NCBI GenBank assembly: GCA_964348785.1
Contig: CAYGDO010000005.1
Span: 1,188-65,187 of the forward strand
Reading direction: 5' to 3'
DNA: 64,000 bases
Source of the DNA: an uncultured Candidatus Saccharibacteria bacterium
GTDB lineage: Bacteria; Patescibacteriota; Minisyncoccia; Phycocordibacterales; 2-02-FULL-43-11
The position numbers were made by a program, and so were the translations under genes. The stretch's first letter is position 1; each line of letters starts with the position of its first letter. Shown piece after piece: positions 46,037 through 55,358 of this stretch. The notes beneath the pieces are model-generated. The model did not search any database. It was not told the origin of the DNA and saw only the letters and a list, made by a program, of their open reading frames with translations.

Positions 46037-48322
46037 ATGAAGATAAAAAAGCCAATTTTAATAAATAATGAAATAATGAAAATTACTTACAAAAATACGT
46101 TAGAAAATAAGGACAAAATCAATGTCGTCATATCAAGGTCGAACCTTGATATCAAGGTTCGACCTTGGACAAATTTGATATTTTTATTATTTTTTATCTT
46201 TTGTTTTTTGGGTGTTTTTCAAAAAGCAGAAGCTGTAATCGTAACTCCTGGAGTTGGTTTTGGTTCTACCACATCATCACTTTATAACGGACTTGTTGGC
46301 TGGTGGACTTTTGATAATCAAGACATGTTAAACGGCGCGGTAAGAGATAAAAGTGGAAATGGAAATACTGGGAATTTGGTAAACATTGCCACATCCACTT
46401 TTTACACTCAAGGAAAATTGGGTCAAGCGTTTAAGTTTGATGGGGTGAATGATTATGTGCAAATAAATAACGGTGCAAATGCGCTGAGCGGTTTAAATAA
46501 CACAGCTCTGTCAGTTTGGTTTAATGGCACAGCAAATGGTTTTCCAGCTGTAGTTAATAGCGCGGTATCAGATTTAACGTGGGGGATCGAGTTTAATAAT
46601 AGTGGGACATCTCTGTTTTTGTGGCGAGGTGGTTCGTACCGAACATATACAATCAGTATAAATCTTTTAGATAAAAAATGGCATCATGTTGTTGTTAATT
46701 ACACAGGGAGTGGTGATAGTGCTAGTTTATATGTTGATGGACAACTACAGTCTAGTTTCACTGGGTCTATTGCTGGTATGCGCACAGAAACAGGTAATAT
46801 TGAGATTGGTAGATACCGCACGGGTATAAATTATTTTAAAGGTTCGATTGATGACGTCCGCATCTACAACCGCGCTCTCTCCGCCTCCGAAATCTCCCAA
46901 CTATACAAACAAGGTCAAGCTATAGTTGGAGCCACTCAAAATCCAAAATCAACTGTTAGTTCACTTGATTCAGGGCTGGTAGGTTATTGGACTTTCAACA
47001 ATCAAGATATGTTAAACGGCGCGGTAAAAGACAAAAGTGGAAATGGGAACACAGGAAATTTGGTGAACATTGCCACTTCCACTTTTTACACGCGAGGCAA
47101 ATTAGGACAAGGGTTTAAGTTTGATGGGGCTAATGATTATATGACTACTGCCAGCACTTTTACTCCAACCACAACTTTCACGGTTTCTGCTTGGGTATAC
47201 CCTATTCGTTATGGTATCGTATCTTTTAGGGCTGCATTCGCTACCAGAACCTACGATAGTACTGATAACTTTGGTGTTTGGTTAAGAGATAACGGCTTAT
47301 ATTATATTCAGGTGCACGGTAACGGTACTGATGTCGCTGCGAATACTGTTGCTTATTCAGATAAGAAATGGGACCATATAATTTTGGTTAAAAATACTAG
47401 TAGTCCATATGTAAAATTTTACGTTAATGGAGTATTGAGATATTCTTCCACTTCCAATCCTGACACACTAACCAGCAGGCAACTTGACGTGGGAAGTTAT
47501 TCGAACACAACTGGTCCGTTTTTGGGTACAATTGATGATGTCCGCATCTACAACCGTGCCCTATCCGACTTTGAAGTCACCCAACTCTACAAACAAGGTC
47601 AAGTCACAATCGGCGCCACTCAAAATCCAAAACCAACTATCAATTCACTTGATTCAGGATTGGTAGGTTATTGGACATTTAATAATCAAGACATGCTAAA
47701 TGGTGCGGTGAAAGATAAAAGTGGAAATGGCAACACGGGGAGTTTGATAAACATCGCCACTTCCACTTTCTATACGCAAGGGAAATTGGGGCAAGGGTTT
47801 AAGTTTGATGGGGCGGATGATTATGTGAATCTAGGTTCAGCCGCTATTTTAACTGCTGGCAGTCCGTTTAGTATAAGCTGGTGGGAAAAAATAAATAGCA
47901 ATACAAATAATTTTCCATCTCGTTTTAACTTAAAAATGAATGGTACTAGCAATTATTTTGCTGTGGCTCGGGCTAAATCTTCAGCCAGTTATCAAACAAT
48001 TACGTGGGGTAGGGCACCAAATACGAATTTAGGTATTAGATCATCTGCTGCACCTTCTGTTGCTTCAAGTGTCAAAATTTGGAGGCATTTTGTTATTACA
48101 GGAAGTGATCCCAATAGTACTACTCCTGGAGATTATTCTATATATGCGGATGGTGTTTCGTATGCGACAATTCAAGCTGGTACTTTTTCTACAGATACAA
48201 GAAATAGTATTGGGAAAAGTGGTGTGGACAATGGTGCTGATGCTGTCATTGACGATGTCCGTGTATATAATCGTGCCCTCTCTGCCACTGAAATTCGTCA
48301 GTTGTATAATCAGGGAAGATAA
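46037..48322 (+). CDS. Three-LamG-domain secreted protein, paralog 2. An alternative start is the ATG at 46076.
   Basis: The N-terminus from the second Met, MKITYKNTLENKDKINVVISRSNLDIKVRPWTNLIFLLFFIFCF, is near-identical to paralog 1 including the REP. Three LamG modules each end DDVRIYNRALS(A/D).E(I/V).QLY.QG. Confidence 0.8.
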   Translation: MKIKKPILINNEIMKITYKNTLENKDKINVVISRSNLDIKVRPWTNLIFLLFFIFCFLGVFQKAEAVIVTPGVGFGSTTSSLYNGLVGWWTFDNQDMLNGAVRDKSGNGNTGNLVNIATSTFYTQGKLGQAFKFDGVNDYVQINNGANALSGLNNTALSVWFNGTANGFPAVVNSAVSDLTWGIEFNNSGTSLFLWRGGSYRTYTISINLLDKKWHHVVVNYTGSGDSASLYVDGQLQSSFTGSIAGMRTETGNIEIGRYRTGINYFKGSIDDVRIYNRALSASEISQLYKQGQAIVGATQNPKSTVSSLDSGLVGYWTFNNQDMLNGAVKDKSGNGNTGNLVNIATSTFYTRGKLGQGFKFDGANDYMTTASTFTPTTTFTVSAWVYPIRYGIVSFRAAFATRTYDSTDNFGVWLRDNGLYYIQVHGNGTDVAANTVAYSDKKWDHIILVKNTSSPYVKFYVNGVLRYSSTSNPDTLTSRQLDVGSYSNTTGPFLGTIDDVRIYNRALSDFEVTQLYKQGQVTIGATQNPKPTINSLDSGLVGYWTFNNQDMLNGAVKDKSGNGNTGSLINIATSTFYTQGKLGQGFKFDGADDYVNLGSAAILTAGSPFSISWWEKINSNTNNFPSRFNLKMNGTSNYFAVARAKSSASYQTITWGRAPNTNLGIRSSAAPSVASSVKIWRHFVITGSDPNSTTPGDYSIYADGVSYATIQAGTFSTDTRNSIGKSGVDNGADAVIDDVRVYNRALSATEIRQLYNQGR
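46131..46167. repeat. REP-like nested palindrome, copy 2 (inside the paralog 2 5' coding region).
   Basis: Same sequence as copy 1. Confidence 0.75.
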
Positions 48323-48334
48323 AAAGATAAATCA

Positions 48335-48352
48335 ATCCGCCAGCTGGCGGAT
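48335..48352. repeat. 18-bp perfect palindrome ATCCGCCAGCTGGCGGAT just after the paralog 2 stop; possible terminator or protein-binding site.
   Basis: Perfect dyad symmetry and GC-rich relative to surroundings, flanked by A/T-rich sequence. Confidence 0.4.
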
Positions 48353-48431
48353 AAAAATCAAATATTAAAAATATGAAGATAAAAATGACCAGTTTTCAAT
48401 TTAAGAAAGACAAAATGCAAAAAATAAAAAA

Positions 48432-50537
48432 ATGAAAGATAAATTGAAAAACAAAAAAATATTTACTAAATTTTACAAAGTCACTTTTATCGTTTTTTGT
48501 TTTTTTGGTGTTTTTAATTTTGCTAACGCATTGATTATAAATTCCAATACTCTAAACGCCGGAGGGGATACTCTTAAAAACGGTCTCGTCGGCCATTGGA
48601 CATTTGACGGAGCGGATTTAGTTTCAAATGTGGTGGATAAAAGTGGAAACGGAAATACCGGTAATATGGTAAATATGGCCACAAGTTCCGCAAAGGCGGG
48701 AGGTGTTTTGGGTCAAGCGCTCAAGTTTGATGGGGTGAATGATTATATACGTGTCCCGCATTCTACTTCGTACAAAAGCAACAATCAGGCGATTTCTTTT
48801 TGGATGTACCCCTTACAAATACCTTCTTCTGGCTATGATGGTGTATTAGGTATGATAACAAACGACTCGAATGCGTTTGAGGTTTTTATGGATAACAGCA
48901 CTAGCGTTTTGTCAGCGGGTAGTTATCCTTGGCAATTAACTTATACTATTCCTAAAAAAAATGTTTGGTACCATGTATACGTTGAGACTGTTAGCGGTGT
49001 AGGTAAAATTTATATTAACGGGGTGTTGCAGGATACTGGAAATGTGGCTTACGGAGGTGCGTCAAATACTGCCGATTTTTATATTGGAAGTCGTAACACA
49101 ACTTATTTTTTTCCAGGATATTTAGATGACGTCCGCGTCTACAACCGTGCTCTCTCTGCTTCTGAAATAAAACAACAATACAACCAAGGTGGAAGTAAAT
49201 TAAATTCTCAAACCTTGAACGCCGGAGGCGACATGCTTAAGCAAGGATTGGTCAGTTGGTGGACATTTGACGGCGCTGATTTAGTTTCAAATGTGGTGGA
49301 CAGGGGTAGTGCGGGTAATACTGGGAATTTGGTCAATATGTCCACTTCAACAGCAAAAGTGCCAGGAGCACTTGGCCAAGCTTTGAAGTTTGATGGAAGT
49401 GATGATTATGTTGATATTGCAGACGTTGATGCTTCTCTAGCATCAAACTCGTCAATTTCTGTTTGGATTAATCCGCGCAGTGTCTCAGTAAGTCACAGGA
49501 TATTTGGAGGGCGTACTAACTCAGCTCCCGTTGTAGGTATTTATCCTTCGCCATATGGAATTATTGCGAGTGGTGCAACACAAGGTAATCAGAGGACTGG
49601 TTCAACAAGTACTATCAAATTAAACGCTTGGAATCATCTTGTGGTTACATATGGTGCAACAAGCATACCGACTATTTATGTAAATGGCGTAGAGGTGACT
49701 TATACTGCTTCAACTTATTGGGGTGCTACAAATTCAACTATAGGAAAGGCGGGAGGAAATACTTTTCAAGGGATCATTGATGATGTTCGTCTTTATAGCC
49801 GCGTTCTTACTTCTAAAGAAATTAAACAACTATACAACCAAGGCGGTAGCAAAATAACTTCTCAAACCCCAAATGCCGGAGGCGATAGTTTAAAATCTGG
49901 TCTTGTTGCTCATTGGACTTTTGATGGAGCCGATTTGGTTTCAAACGTAGCTGACAAAAGTGGTAATGGAAACAATGGTAATTTGGTAGGATTTACTTCT
50001 ACAACTACTGCAAAAACGGGAGGTGTTTTGGGTCAGGCGTTGAAGTTTGATGGGGTGGATGATTATGTATCGATTCCAAATAACCTATCCTCTTATTTTA
50101 CTAATCAAGAAGCAACTTTTAATGTATGGTTAAAAAAAATGCAGCACACTCCTTCTTCATCAGGTAATACAGGATCTTGGTATTTTAATGCTTCAGATGC
50201 TAACAATCATTATGTTTGGACAGACGGATCTATTTATGACGGTACTTTTAAAACAACCAGAGATAATGTCGGTGCCGGTCTTATAAGTAATAGAAAAAAT
50301 TGGCATATGGTAACCATTACTAGAAAAGCCGGAGCTAATGGTTGGAATTATTATCAAAATGGGCGACTCGCATATTCTACAAGCGGTGGAACTTGGGATT
50401 TTGCTACTTCAAATTATAAAATTGGTGAGTCGGCAAGTAACACTTATAATTTTTTTGGTGTGATGGATGATGTGAGATTATACAACCGTGTGCTTTCTGC
50501 TTCTGAAATCCAAAAGCTTTATAATATGGGAAGATAA
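48432..50537 (+). CDS. Three-LamG-domain secreted protein, paralog 3 (no REP in the 5' end).
   Basis: Signal peptide-like FTKFYKVTFIVFCFFGVFNFANA. Junction blocks LVGHWTFDGADLVSNVVDKSGNGNTGN and DDVRVYNRALSASEIKQQYNQGGSK repeated three times. Confidence 0.8.
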   Translation: MKDKLKNKKIFTKFYKVTFIVFCFFGVFNFANALIINSNTLNAGGDTLKNGLVGHWTFDGADLVSNVVDKSGNGNTGNMVNMATSSAKAGGVLGQALKFDGVNDYIRVPHSTSYKSNNQAISFWMYPLQIPSSGYDGVLGMITNDSNAFEVFMDNSTSVLSAGSYPWQLTYTIPKKNVWYHVYVETVSGVGKIYINGVLQDTGNVAYGGASNTADFYIGSRNTTYFFPGYLDDVRVYNRALSASEIKQQYNQGGSKLNSQTLNAGGDMLKQGLVSWWTFDGADLVSNVVDRGSAGNTGNLVNMSTSTAKVPGALGQALKFDGSDDYVDIADVDASLASNSSISVWINPRSVSVSHRIFGGRTNSAPVVGIYPSPYGIIASGATQGNQRTGSTSTIKLNAWNHLVVTYGATSIPTIYVNGVEVTYTASTYWGATNSTIGKAGGNTFQGIIDDVRLYSRVLTSKEIKQLYNQGGSKITSQTPNAGGDSLKSGLVAHWTFDGADLVSNVADKSGNGNNGNLVGFTSTTTAKTGGVLGQALKFDGVDDYVSIPNNLSSYFTNQEATFNVWLKKMQHTPSSSGNTGSWYFNASDANNHYVWTDGSIYDGTFKTTRDNVGAGLISNRKNWHMVTITRKAGANGWNYYQNGRLAYSTSGGTWDFATSNYKIGESASNTYNFFGVMDDVRLYNRVLSASEIQKLYNMGR

Positions 50538-50609
50538 AAATAAATTAAATATTAAAAAAACCAAAGAACATCCGTAGACATCCGACATCTACAGAATCAA
50601 AAATAAAAG

Positions 50610-52910
50610 ATGATCAACTTTCAAGAAAAACAAATAAAAAACAAAAAATTTTATCAAGGTCGAACCTTGATATCAAGGTTCGACCTTGATAAAAAGAAGA
50701 GCAATGTTTACACGATTGCGATTTTCTCTTTTTTATTTTTTGGCGTTTTTAATTTTGCTAACGCTATTACGGTTGGAGTTTCTCCAAACGCCGGAGGCGA
50801 CACTCTTAAAAACGGTCTTGTTGGCCACTGGACCTTCGACGGCGCAGATTTAGTTTCAAACGTAGCTGACAAAAGTGGAAATGGAAACAATGGAAATATG
50901 TCAGGATTCACTTCTACCAGTTCTGCAAAAGTTGTGGGGAAGTTAGGTCAGGCGTTGAAGTTTGATGGTGTGAATGATTATGTAAATAATCCTACAAATA
51001 TAGTTTTGACGGGAGATTACGCTATTTCTACCTGGTTTTTTAGTGAAAATGCTATCAATACAAACAAGAGGCTTATTAGTATTGGTGATTCTACTAATTC
51101 AATTTACGCCCATATTTCTACTAATCCATCCGCAGGGAATGCTATTGGACTTAAAAGTGTTCATTGTATACAGAACACTTTATCCGGAGGACTTTCTGTC
51201 GCTCGCTATGCTTTGGCTTCGTCAAATGCGTGGCATCACGTCATATGTAATTACAGTGGCGGGGTTCTGAATAGCATGTATGTTGATGGTGTAATAACAG
51301 CACTTGATGCTGGTAACGGAACATGGGCTAATGATGCTCATACTGGAATTAAGTTTGGTACAAGAGGTAGTTTGGCCACATTTTGGGCAGGAAGGTTGGA
51401 TGATACTCGCATTTACAGTCGTACCCTTTCCGCCTCAGAAATCCAAAAACTATACAATCAGGGCGGTAGCAAATTAAATTCTCAAACTCCAAACGCCGGT
51501 GGCGACACTCTAAAATCCGGCCTAGTCGGCCACTGGACTTTTGATGGAGCGGATTTGGTTTCAAACGTGGTGGACAAAAGTGGGAATGGAAATCATGGAA
51601 ATATGTCAGGATTCACTTCTACCAGTTCTGCAAAAGTTGTGGGGAAGTTAGGTCAGGCGTTAAAATTTGATGGGGTAGATGATTATATTAATGCAGGAGA
51701 TATAGAAAGTATTGATACTTCTACGGCTTTGTCAGGATGTGCATGGGTTAAACATACTACCATAACAAATGATGATGGTATTTTTGCTAAAATTACTGGG
51801 GGGAGTGGCGATGGATTTATTTTCTTTAGAGATGATGTGGGTGCAACAAGTGGGCGTACCGATGGGTATAACATTTATTTTGCTGATAGTGGTGATACAG
51901 ATACTGTGCGTATTGAAAGTGCCACAAATGCTTCACCTCTTAATAAATGGACACAAGTTTGTTTTACTTTCCAAACAGCTACAGCAAACGGTTTACATTT
52001 ATATGTAAATGGAGTTGAGGATGCTAATAGTCCTGTAAGTACAGCAAGTATTGGAGCTATCAATGCGGGAACGGCCATGCTTTCTATCGGAGAAAGATTG
52101 GATTTTTCTAACCCTTTTAATGGAACAATAGACGACGTCCGCATCTACAACCGCGCCCTTTCTGCCTCTGAAGTTAAACAACTGTACAATCTAGGTGGCA
52201 GTAAATTAAATTCTCAAATTCCAAACGCAGGAGGCGACACTCTAAAATCTGGCCTAGTCGGCCACTGGACCTTCGACGGCGCAGATTTAGTTTCAAACGT
52301 AACCGATAAGAGTGGAAATGGAAACAATGGAAATATGTCTGGATTTACCTCAACAAGTTCTGCAAAAGTTGTGGGGAAGTTGGGTCAGGCGCTTAAGTTT
52401 GATGGGGTGAATGATTATGTGAAGACTGGCCTCATCAATCCAAATTCTAATATTATTACTCTTACATATTGGGCAAAAAGACCTGTTAGTACAAGTGGTT
52501 TAGTAGAAATAGAACAAAGTGCAAATTTTAACAGTGTAGATCATTCCTTTTTATCCAATCCAGATGGTTCAAACAATAGATTTTCGGCAGCCATTCACGG
52601 TACGGGAGCCAGTTATAGGGCTGAGTATATTACTCTTCCACAGGCGAATACTTGGAATCATTACGCCATTGTCTTTGACCACAACGTTGCAAATTGTGAT
52701 ATTCGCATATACTTAAATGGAACTGAAAGTGCTACGACTATAACTAATGCAAACTGTGGCGGAGCTGCCGATTTTAGGACTGATAATATTTATATGATGT
52801 CGAGAGGTGGTTCAACTTTATATCAAAATGGCATCATGGACGATGTTCGCATCTACAACCGCACCCTATCCGCCACCGAAATTAAACAACTTTATAATTT
52901 GGGAAAGTAA
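50610..52910 (+). CDS. Three-LamG-domain secreted protein, paralog 4.
   Basis: Same junction blocks, with variable cores. Its 5' end carries a REP copy in a different reading frame (FYQGRTLISRFDLD). Confidence 0.8.
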   Translation: MINFQEKQIKNKKFYQGRTLISRFDLDKKKSNVYTIAIFSFLFFGVFNFANAITVGVSPNAGGDTLKNGLVGHWTFDGADLVSNVADKSGNGNNGNMSGFTSTSSAKVVGKLGQALKFDGVNDYVNNPTNIVLTGDYAISTWFFSENAINTNKRLISIGDSTNSIYAHISTNPSAGNAIGLKSVHCIQNTLSGGLSVARYALASSNAWHHVICNYSGGVLNSMYVDGVITALDAGNGTWANDAHTGIKFGTRGSLATFWAGRLDDTRIYSRTLSASEIQKLYNQGGSKLNSQTPNAGGDTLKSGLVGHWTFDGADLVSNVVDKSGNGNHGNMSGFTSTSSAKVVGKLGQALKFDGVDDYINAGDIESIDTSTALSGCAWVKHTTITNDDGIFAKITGGSGDGFIFFRDDVGATSGRTDGYNIYFADSGDTDTVRIESATNASPLNKWTQVCFTFQTATANGLHLYVNGVEDANSPVSTASIGAINAGTAMLSIGERLDFSNPFNGTIDDVRIYNRALSASEVKQLYNLGGSKLNSQIPNAGGDTLKSGLVGHWTFDGADLVSNVTDKSGNGNNGNMSGFTSTSSAKVVGKLGQALKFDGVNDYVKTGLINPNSNIITLTYWAKRPVSTSGLVEIEQSANFNSVDHSFLSNPDGSNNRFSAAIHGTGASYRAEYITLPQANTWNHYAIVFDHNVANCDIRIYLNGTESATTITNANCGGAADFRTDNIYMMSRGGSTLYQNGIMDDVRIYNRTLSATEIKQLYNLGK
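50652..50690. repeat. REP-like nested palindrome, copy 3 (inside the paralog 4 5' coding region, in a different frame from copies 1 and 2).
   Basis: TATCAAGGTCGAACCTTGATATCAAGGTTCGACCTTGAT. Confidence 0.75.
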
Positions 52911-52926
52911 AAATAGATTTATGTTT

Positions 52927-53657
52927 TATCAAGGTCGAACCTTGATAAAATTAAGTCGAAAAGGGCTTGTTGTTAAGCCATTCTGTGGTATGACTTTCAA
53001 AATCTTTAAAATTTTCAAAATATTGAGGCAAGGAATCTTTTTGTATTATTTTATTTTCAATTCTTTTTTCGCCAAGAAAATCGGAATAACTTGAATACCT
53101 ATATTTTTTTAAAAACAGCTCTGCTTGTTTTGGATTTTTTATACCTTTTTCTTTCCATTCTGGTTCAGTGAGTTTAATTGGATTTAAGTGAACGTATGAT
53201 ATTAAATATTTAAGATATCTATCTGTATCAAGATGAGTATCTTTAAATTTTCCTTGAAATAGGGCACCACTTCTTGCGTATTTTTTATTGAAATACATTG
53301 TATAGGCGGTAAGTAACTTTTGCATAAATTTACTAATGCCGTTTTCAATTTTTTCATGGAGTAGAAGATGAAAATGATTTGGCATGAGGCAGTAAGCCCC
53401 AATCTCAACTATTTTTTCTTTTATTTCTAGATTGAGAATATCATTTAGATTTTTTCCTTGGATTTGTATATGAACTTTATTTTTATTGTTGCATATATAT
53501 AAAAGAGAAAGAAACCTCTCATGATCTTTTTTGTCCAGAAAAATCTTTCTTTTTTCTGTGCCCCTGTTGTAAATATGGTAAAATTCTTCAAGAGAAATGT
53601 TTCGCATGACAAAATAATATCAAGGTCGAACCTTGATATCAAGGTTCGACCTTGATA
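52927..53657 (-). mobile_element. REP-RAYT unit: a REP-associated tyrosine transposase gene flanked by REP palindromes (half copy at 52927-52947, full copy at 53617-53657).
   Basis: The gene sits exactly between two copies of the palindrome that is dispersed in the neighbouring LamG genes. This is the classic tnpA_REP/REPIN arrangement. Confidence 0.7.
52951..53607 (-). CDS. IS200/IS605-type Y1 (HuH) transposase, RAYT/TnpA_REP-like.
   Basis: HuH motif in CLMPNHFHLLL; catalytic Tyr context LISYVHLNPIK; N-terminus YHIYNRGTEKRKIF. 218 aa. Confidence 0.8.
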   Translation of the reverse strand: MRNISLEEFYHIYNRGTEKRKIFLDKKDHERFLSLLYICNNKNKVHIQIQGKNLNDILNLEIKEKIVEIGAYCLMPNHFHLLLHEKIENGISKFMQKLLTAYTMYFNKKYARSGALFQGKFKDTHLDTDRYLKYLISYVHLNPIKLTEPEWKEKGIKNPKQAELFLKKYRYSSYSDFLGEKRIENKIIQKDSLPQYFENFKDFESHTTEWLNNKPFST

Positions 53658-53681
53658 TTTTTAGGTTTGCCTTTTGTGAAC

Positions 53682-53690
53682 TGATATAAT
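53682..53690 (+). promoter_or_regulatory. Extended -10 promoter element (TGATATAAT) upstream of gap.
   Basis: Matches the TGnTATAAT consensus. A weak -35-like TTGCCT lies about 17 bp upstream, and the site is 62 bp upstream of the gap ATG. Confidence 0.45.
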
Positions 53691-53752
53691 TACTTTGTTA
53701 GTAAAATTAGTTTAGATAGTTTTTTAAATATTTTATTTAAATTTAAAGTTTT

Positions 53753-54775
53753 ATGAAAAAAATTAAAGTAGCGGTAAATGGTTGCGGAAGAATTGGAAGA
53801 GCTTTTATTAAGTTGGCTTTTAAGAGAGAAGAAATTGAAGTGGTGGCGGTAAATGATTTGGGTGATATAAATAATATCGCTTATCTTTTAAAGTACGACT
53901 CTGCTTATGGAAAAAGTGATTTAGATGTTTTGGTCTCAAAAACTGGGAAGGAGCTGATTATAAATGGCAAGGAAGTTTTATTTTTTTCAGAAAAAGAGCC
54001 TGGCAATTTACCTTGGGGCAAATTGGATATTGATGTGGTTATTGAATCAACGGGATTTTTTACTTCATTTGAAGGGGCAGGGGAACATATAAAAGCGGGG
54101 GCTAAAAAAGTAATCATTACAGCTCCAGCTAAAGATGATCCAAGAAGTGAAAAGGAAGCAACAATTCTTTTGGGAGTTAATGAGGAAAAAAGAAAAGACG
54201 CGGTGATTATTTCTAATGCTTCTTGTACTACAAATGCTTCAAGTCCTATTATTGCAATTTTGGATGAGACGGTTGGTATTGAAAAAGCATTACTCAATAC
54301 TGTGCACGCTTATACCGCTAGTCAAAGTATTGTTGATGGGCCAAATAAAAAAGATTGGCGAGAGGGGAGAGCTGGAGGACAAAATATCGTTCCTTCATCA
54401 ACAGGTGCTGCAAAAGCTGTAGCAAAAGCGTTTCCAAAAATGGAGGGGATTTTTGATGGCATTTCTATTCGTGTGCCAGTTGTTGTCGGCTCTATTGCAG
54501 ATATTACTTTTATTTCAAAGAGAAATACTTCAGTTGAAGAAATAAATGAAATATTAGAAAAAGCTTCAACGGATGATAGATGGCAAGGCATTTTTACTGT
54601 GACAAAAGAACAGTTAACGTCCAGAGATATTATCGGGAGTACTTTTGCTTCAATGGCGGATTTATCTTTTACTAAAGTCGTTGGTGGCAATTTGGTGAAA
54701 GTTCTTGCTTGGTATGACAATGAAATGGGATATACAAATACGTTAGTGGAGCAAGTATTGAGATTGGAGTTATAA
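53753..54775 (+). CDS. gap: Glyceraldehyde-3-phosphate dehydrogenase, type I.
   Basis: NAD-binding VAVNGCGRIGRAF; active-site SNASCTTNA; typical 340-aa length. Confidence 0.92.
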   Translation: MKKIKVAVNGCGRIGRAFIKLAFKREEIEVVAVNDLGDINNIAYLLKYDSAYGKSDLDVLVSKTGKELIINGKEVLFFSEKEPGNLPWGKLDIDVVIESTGFFTSFEGAGEHIKAGAKKVIITAPAKDDPRSEKEATILLGVNEEKRKDAVIISNASCTTNASSPIIAILDETVGIEKALLNTVHAYTASQSIVDGPNKKDWREGRAGGQNIVPSSTGAAKAVAKAFPKMEGIFDGISIRVPVVVGSIADITFISKRNTSVEEINEILEKASTDDRWQGIFTVTKEQLTSRDIIGSTFASMADLSFTKVVGGNLVKVLAWYDNEMGYTNTLVEQVLRLEL

Positions 54776-54783
54776 TTGAAGGG

Positions 54784-55356
54784 ATGGGGATTTTTTCAAA
54801 AAATAATAAATTTTTTAATAAAAAAGCTTTCACTTTAGTGGAACTTTTGGTTGTTATATCAATAATCGGAATTCTATCATCAACCGTTTTTGCTAGTTTA
54901 AGTAGCGCAAGAAGTAGAGCGAGAGACGCAATAAGAAAATCTGATTTAGCGCAAATCGCTAAAGCTTTTAGGTTGTATTATGAGCAAAATGGAACTTACA
55001 GAATTCCTAATACGGGTTGGGTTGATGACACAGGTTATGCAACGGGGGTAGGACACTTTAATTATGATTATGACGCTGCTGGGCCAGTCGTCTCTGTTTC
55101 TCAAGGTTTGATAAATGCGGGATTGTTGCCTAAAGATATAAGAGATCCTTCTGGTTTGGCGTCGGGTTTTGGTAACATAGGTGCTGCCTATATGTTCTAT
55201 GCCCCTCTGATTGAACAATTTACTCTGTGGACGTCTTTGGAAAACCCTTCTACTTCTGATACTGATACTTTAAGTAATTGTTCTAGAAATGAATATGATG
55301 GATATAGTATTGCTTATCCAGCAAACAGAAGGACTAATTATTGTGTAAGTAACTAA
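54784..55356 (+). CDS. Type IV pilin-like/pseudopilin protein with an atypical long leader.
   Basis: N-terminal N-methylation-type motif FTLVELLVVISIIGILSS, preceded by a 23-residue leader ending KKA (Ala rather than Gly at -1). Confidence 0.6.
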   Translation: MGIFSKNNKFFNKKAFTLVELLVVISIIGILSSTVFASLSSARSRARDAIRKSDLAQIAKAFRLYYEQNGTYRIPNTGWVDDTGYATGVGHFNYDYDAAGPVVSVSQGLINAGLLPKDIRDPSGLASGFGNIGAAYMFYAPLIEQFTLWTSLENPSTSDTDTLSNCSRNEYDGYSIAYPANRRTNYCVSN

Positions 55357-55358
55357 GA

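Noticed and set aside
43400-52910. Diversity-generating retroelement (DGR) as the source of LamG paralog variability
   Set aside because: No reverse-transcriptase gene or template-repeat/variable-repeat pair is visible in the window. Variation is spread along the cores rather than confined to a C-terminal variable repeat. Recombination between conserved junction blocks is the simpler explanation.
43411-53642. Short ORFs 43411..43701(-), 48473..48682(-), 50708..50911(-), 52807..53094(+), 53445..53642(-) that translate the REP palindrome or LamG leader regions
   Set aside because: They are antisense or out-of-frame readings through the palindromic repeat and the real genes' signal-peptide regions. 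Products are low-complexity and overlap better-supported genes.
43454-53657. Could the dispersed palindromic repeats be a CRISPR array?
   Set aside because: The copies are 2.6-4.5 kb apart, irregular, and lie inside protein-coding genes. There is no repeat-spacer periodicity and no cas genes. They fit REP/REPIN elements tied to the adjacent RAYT gene.
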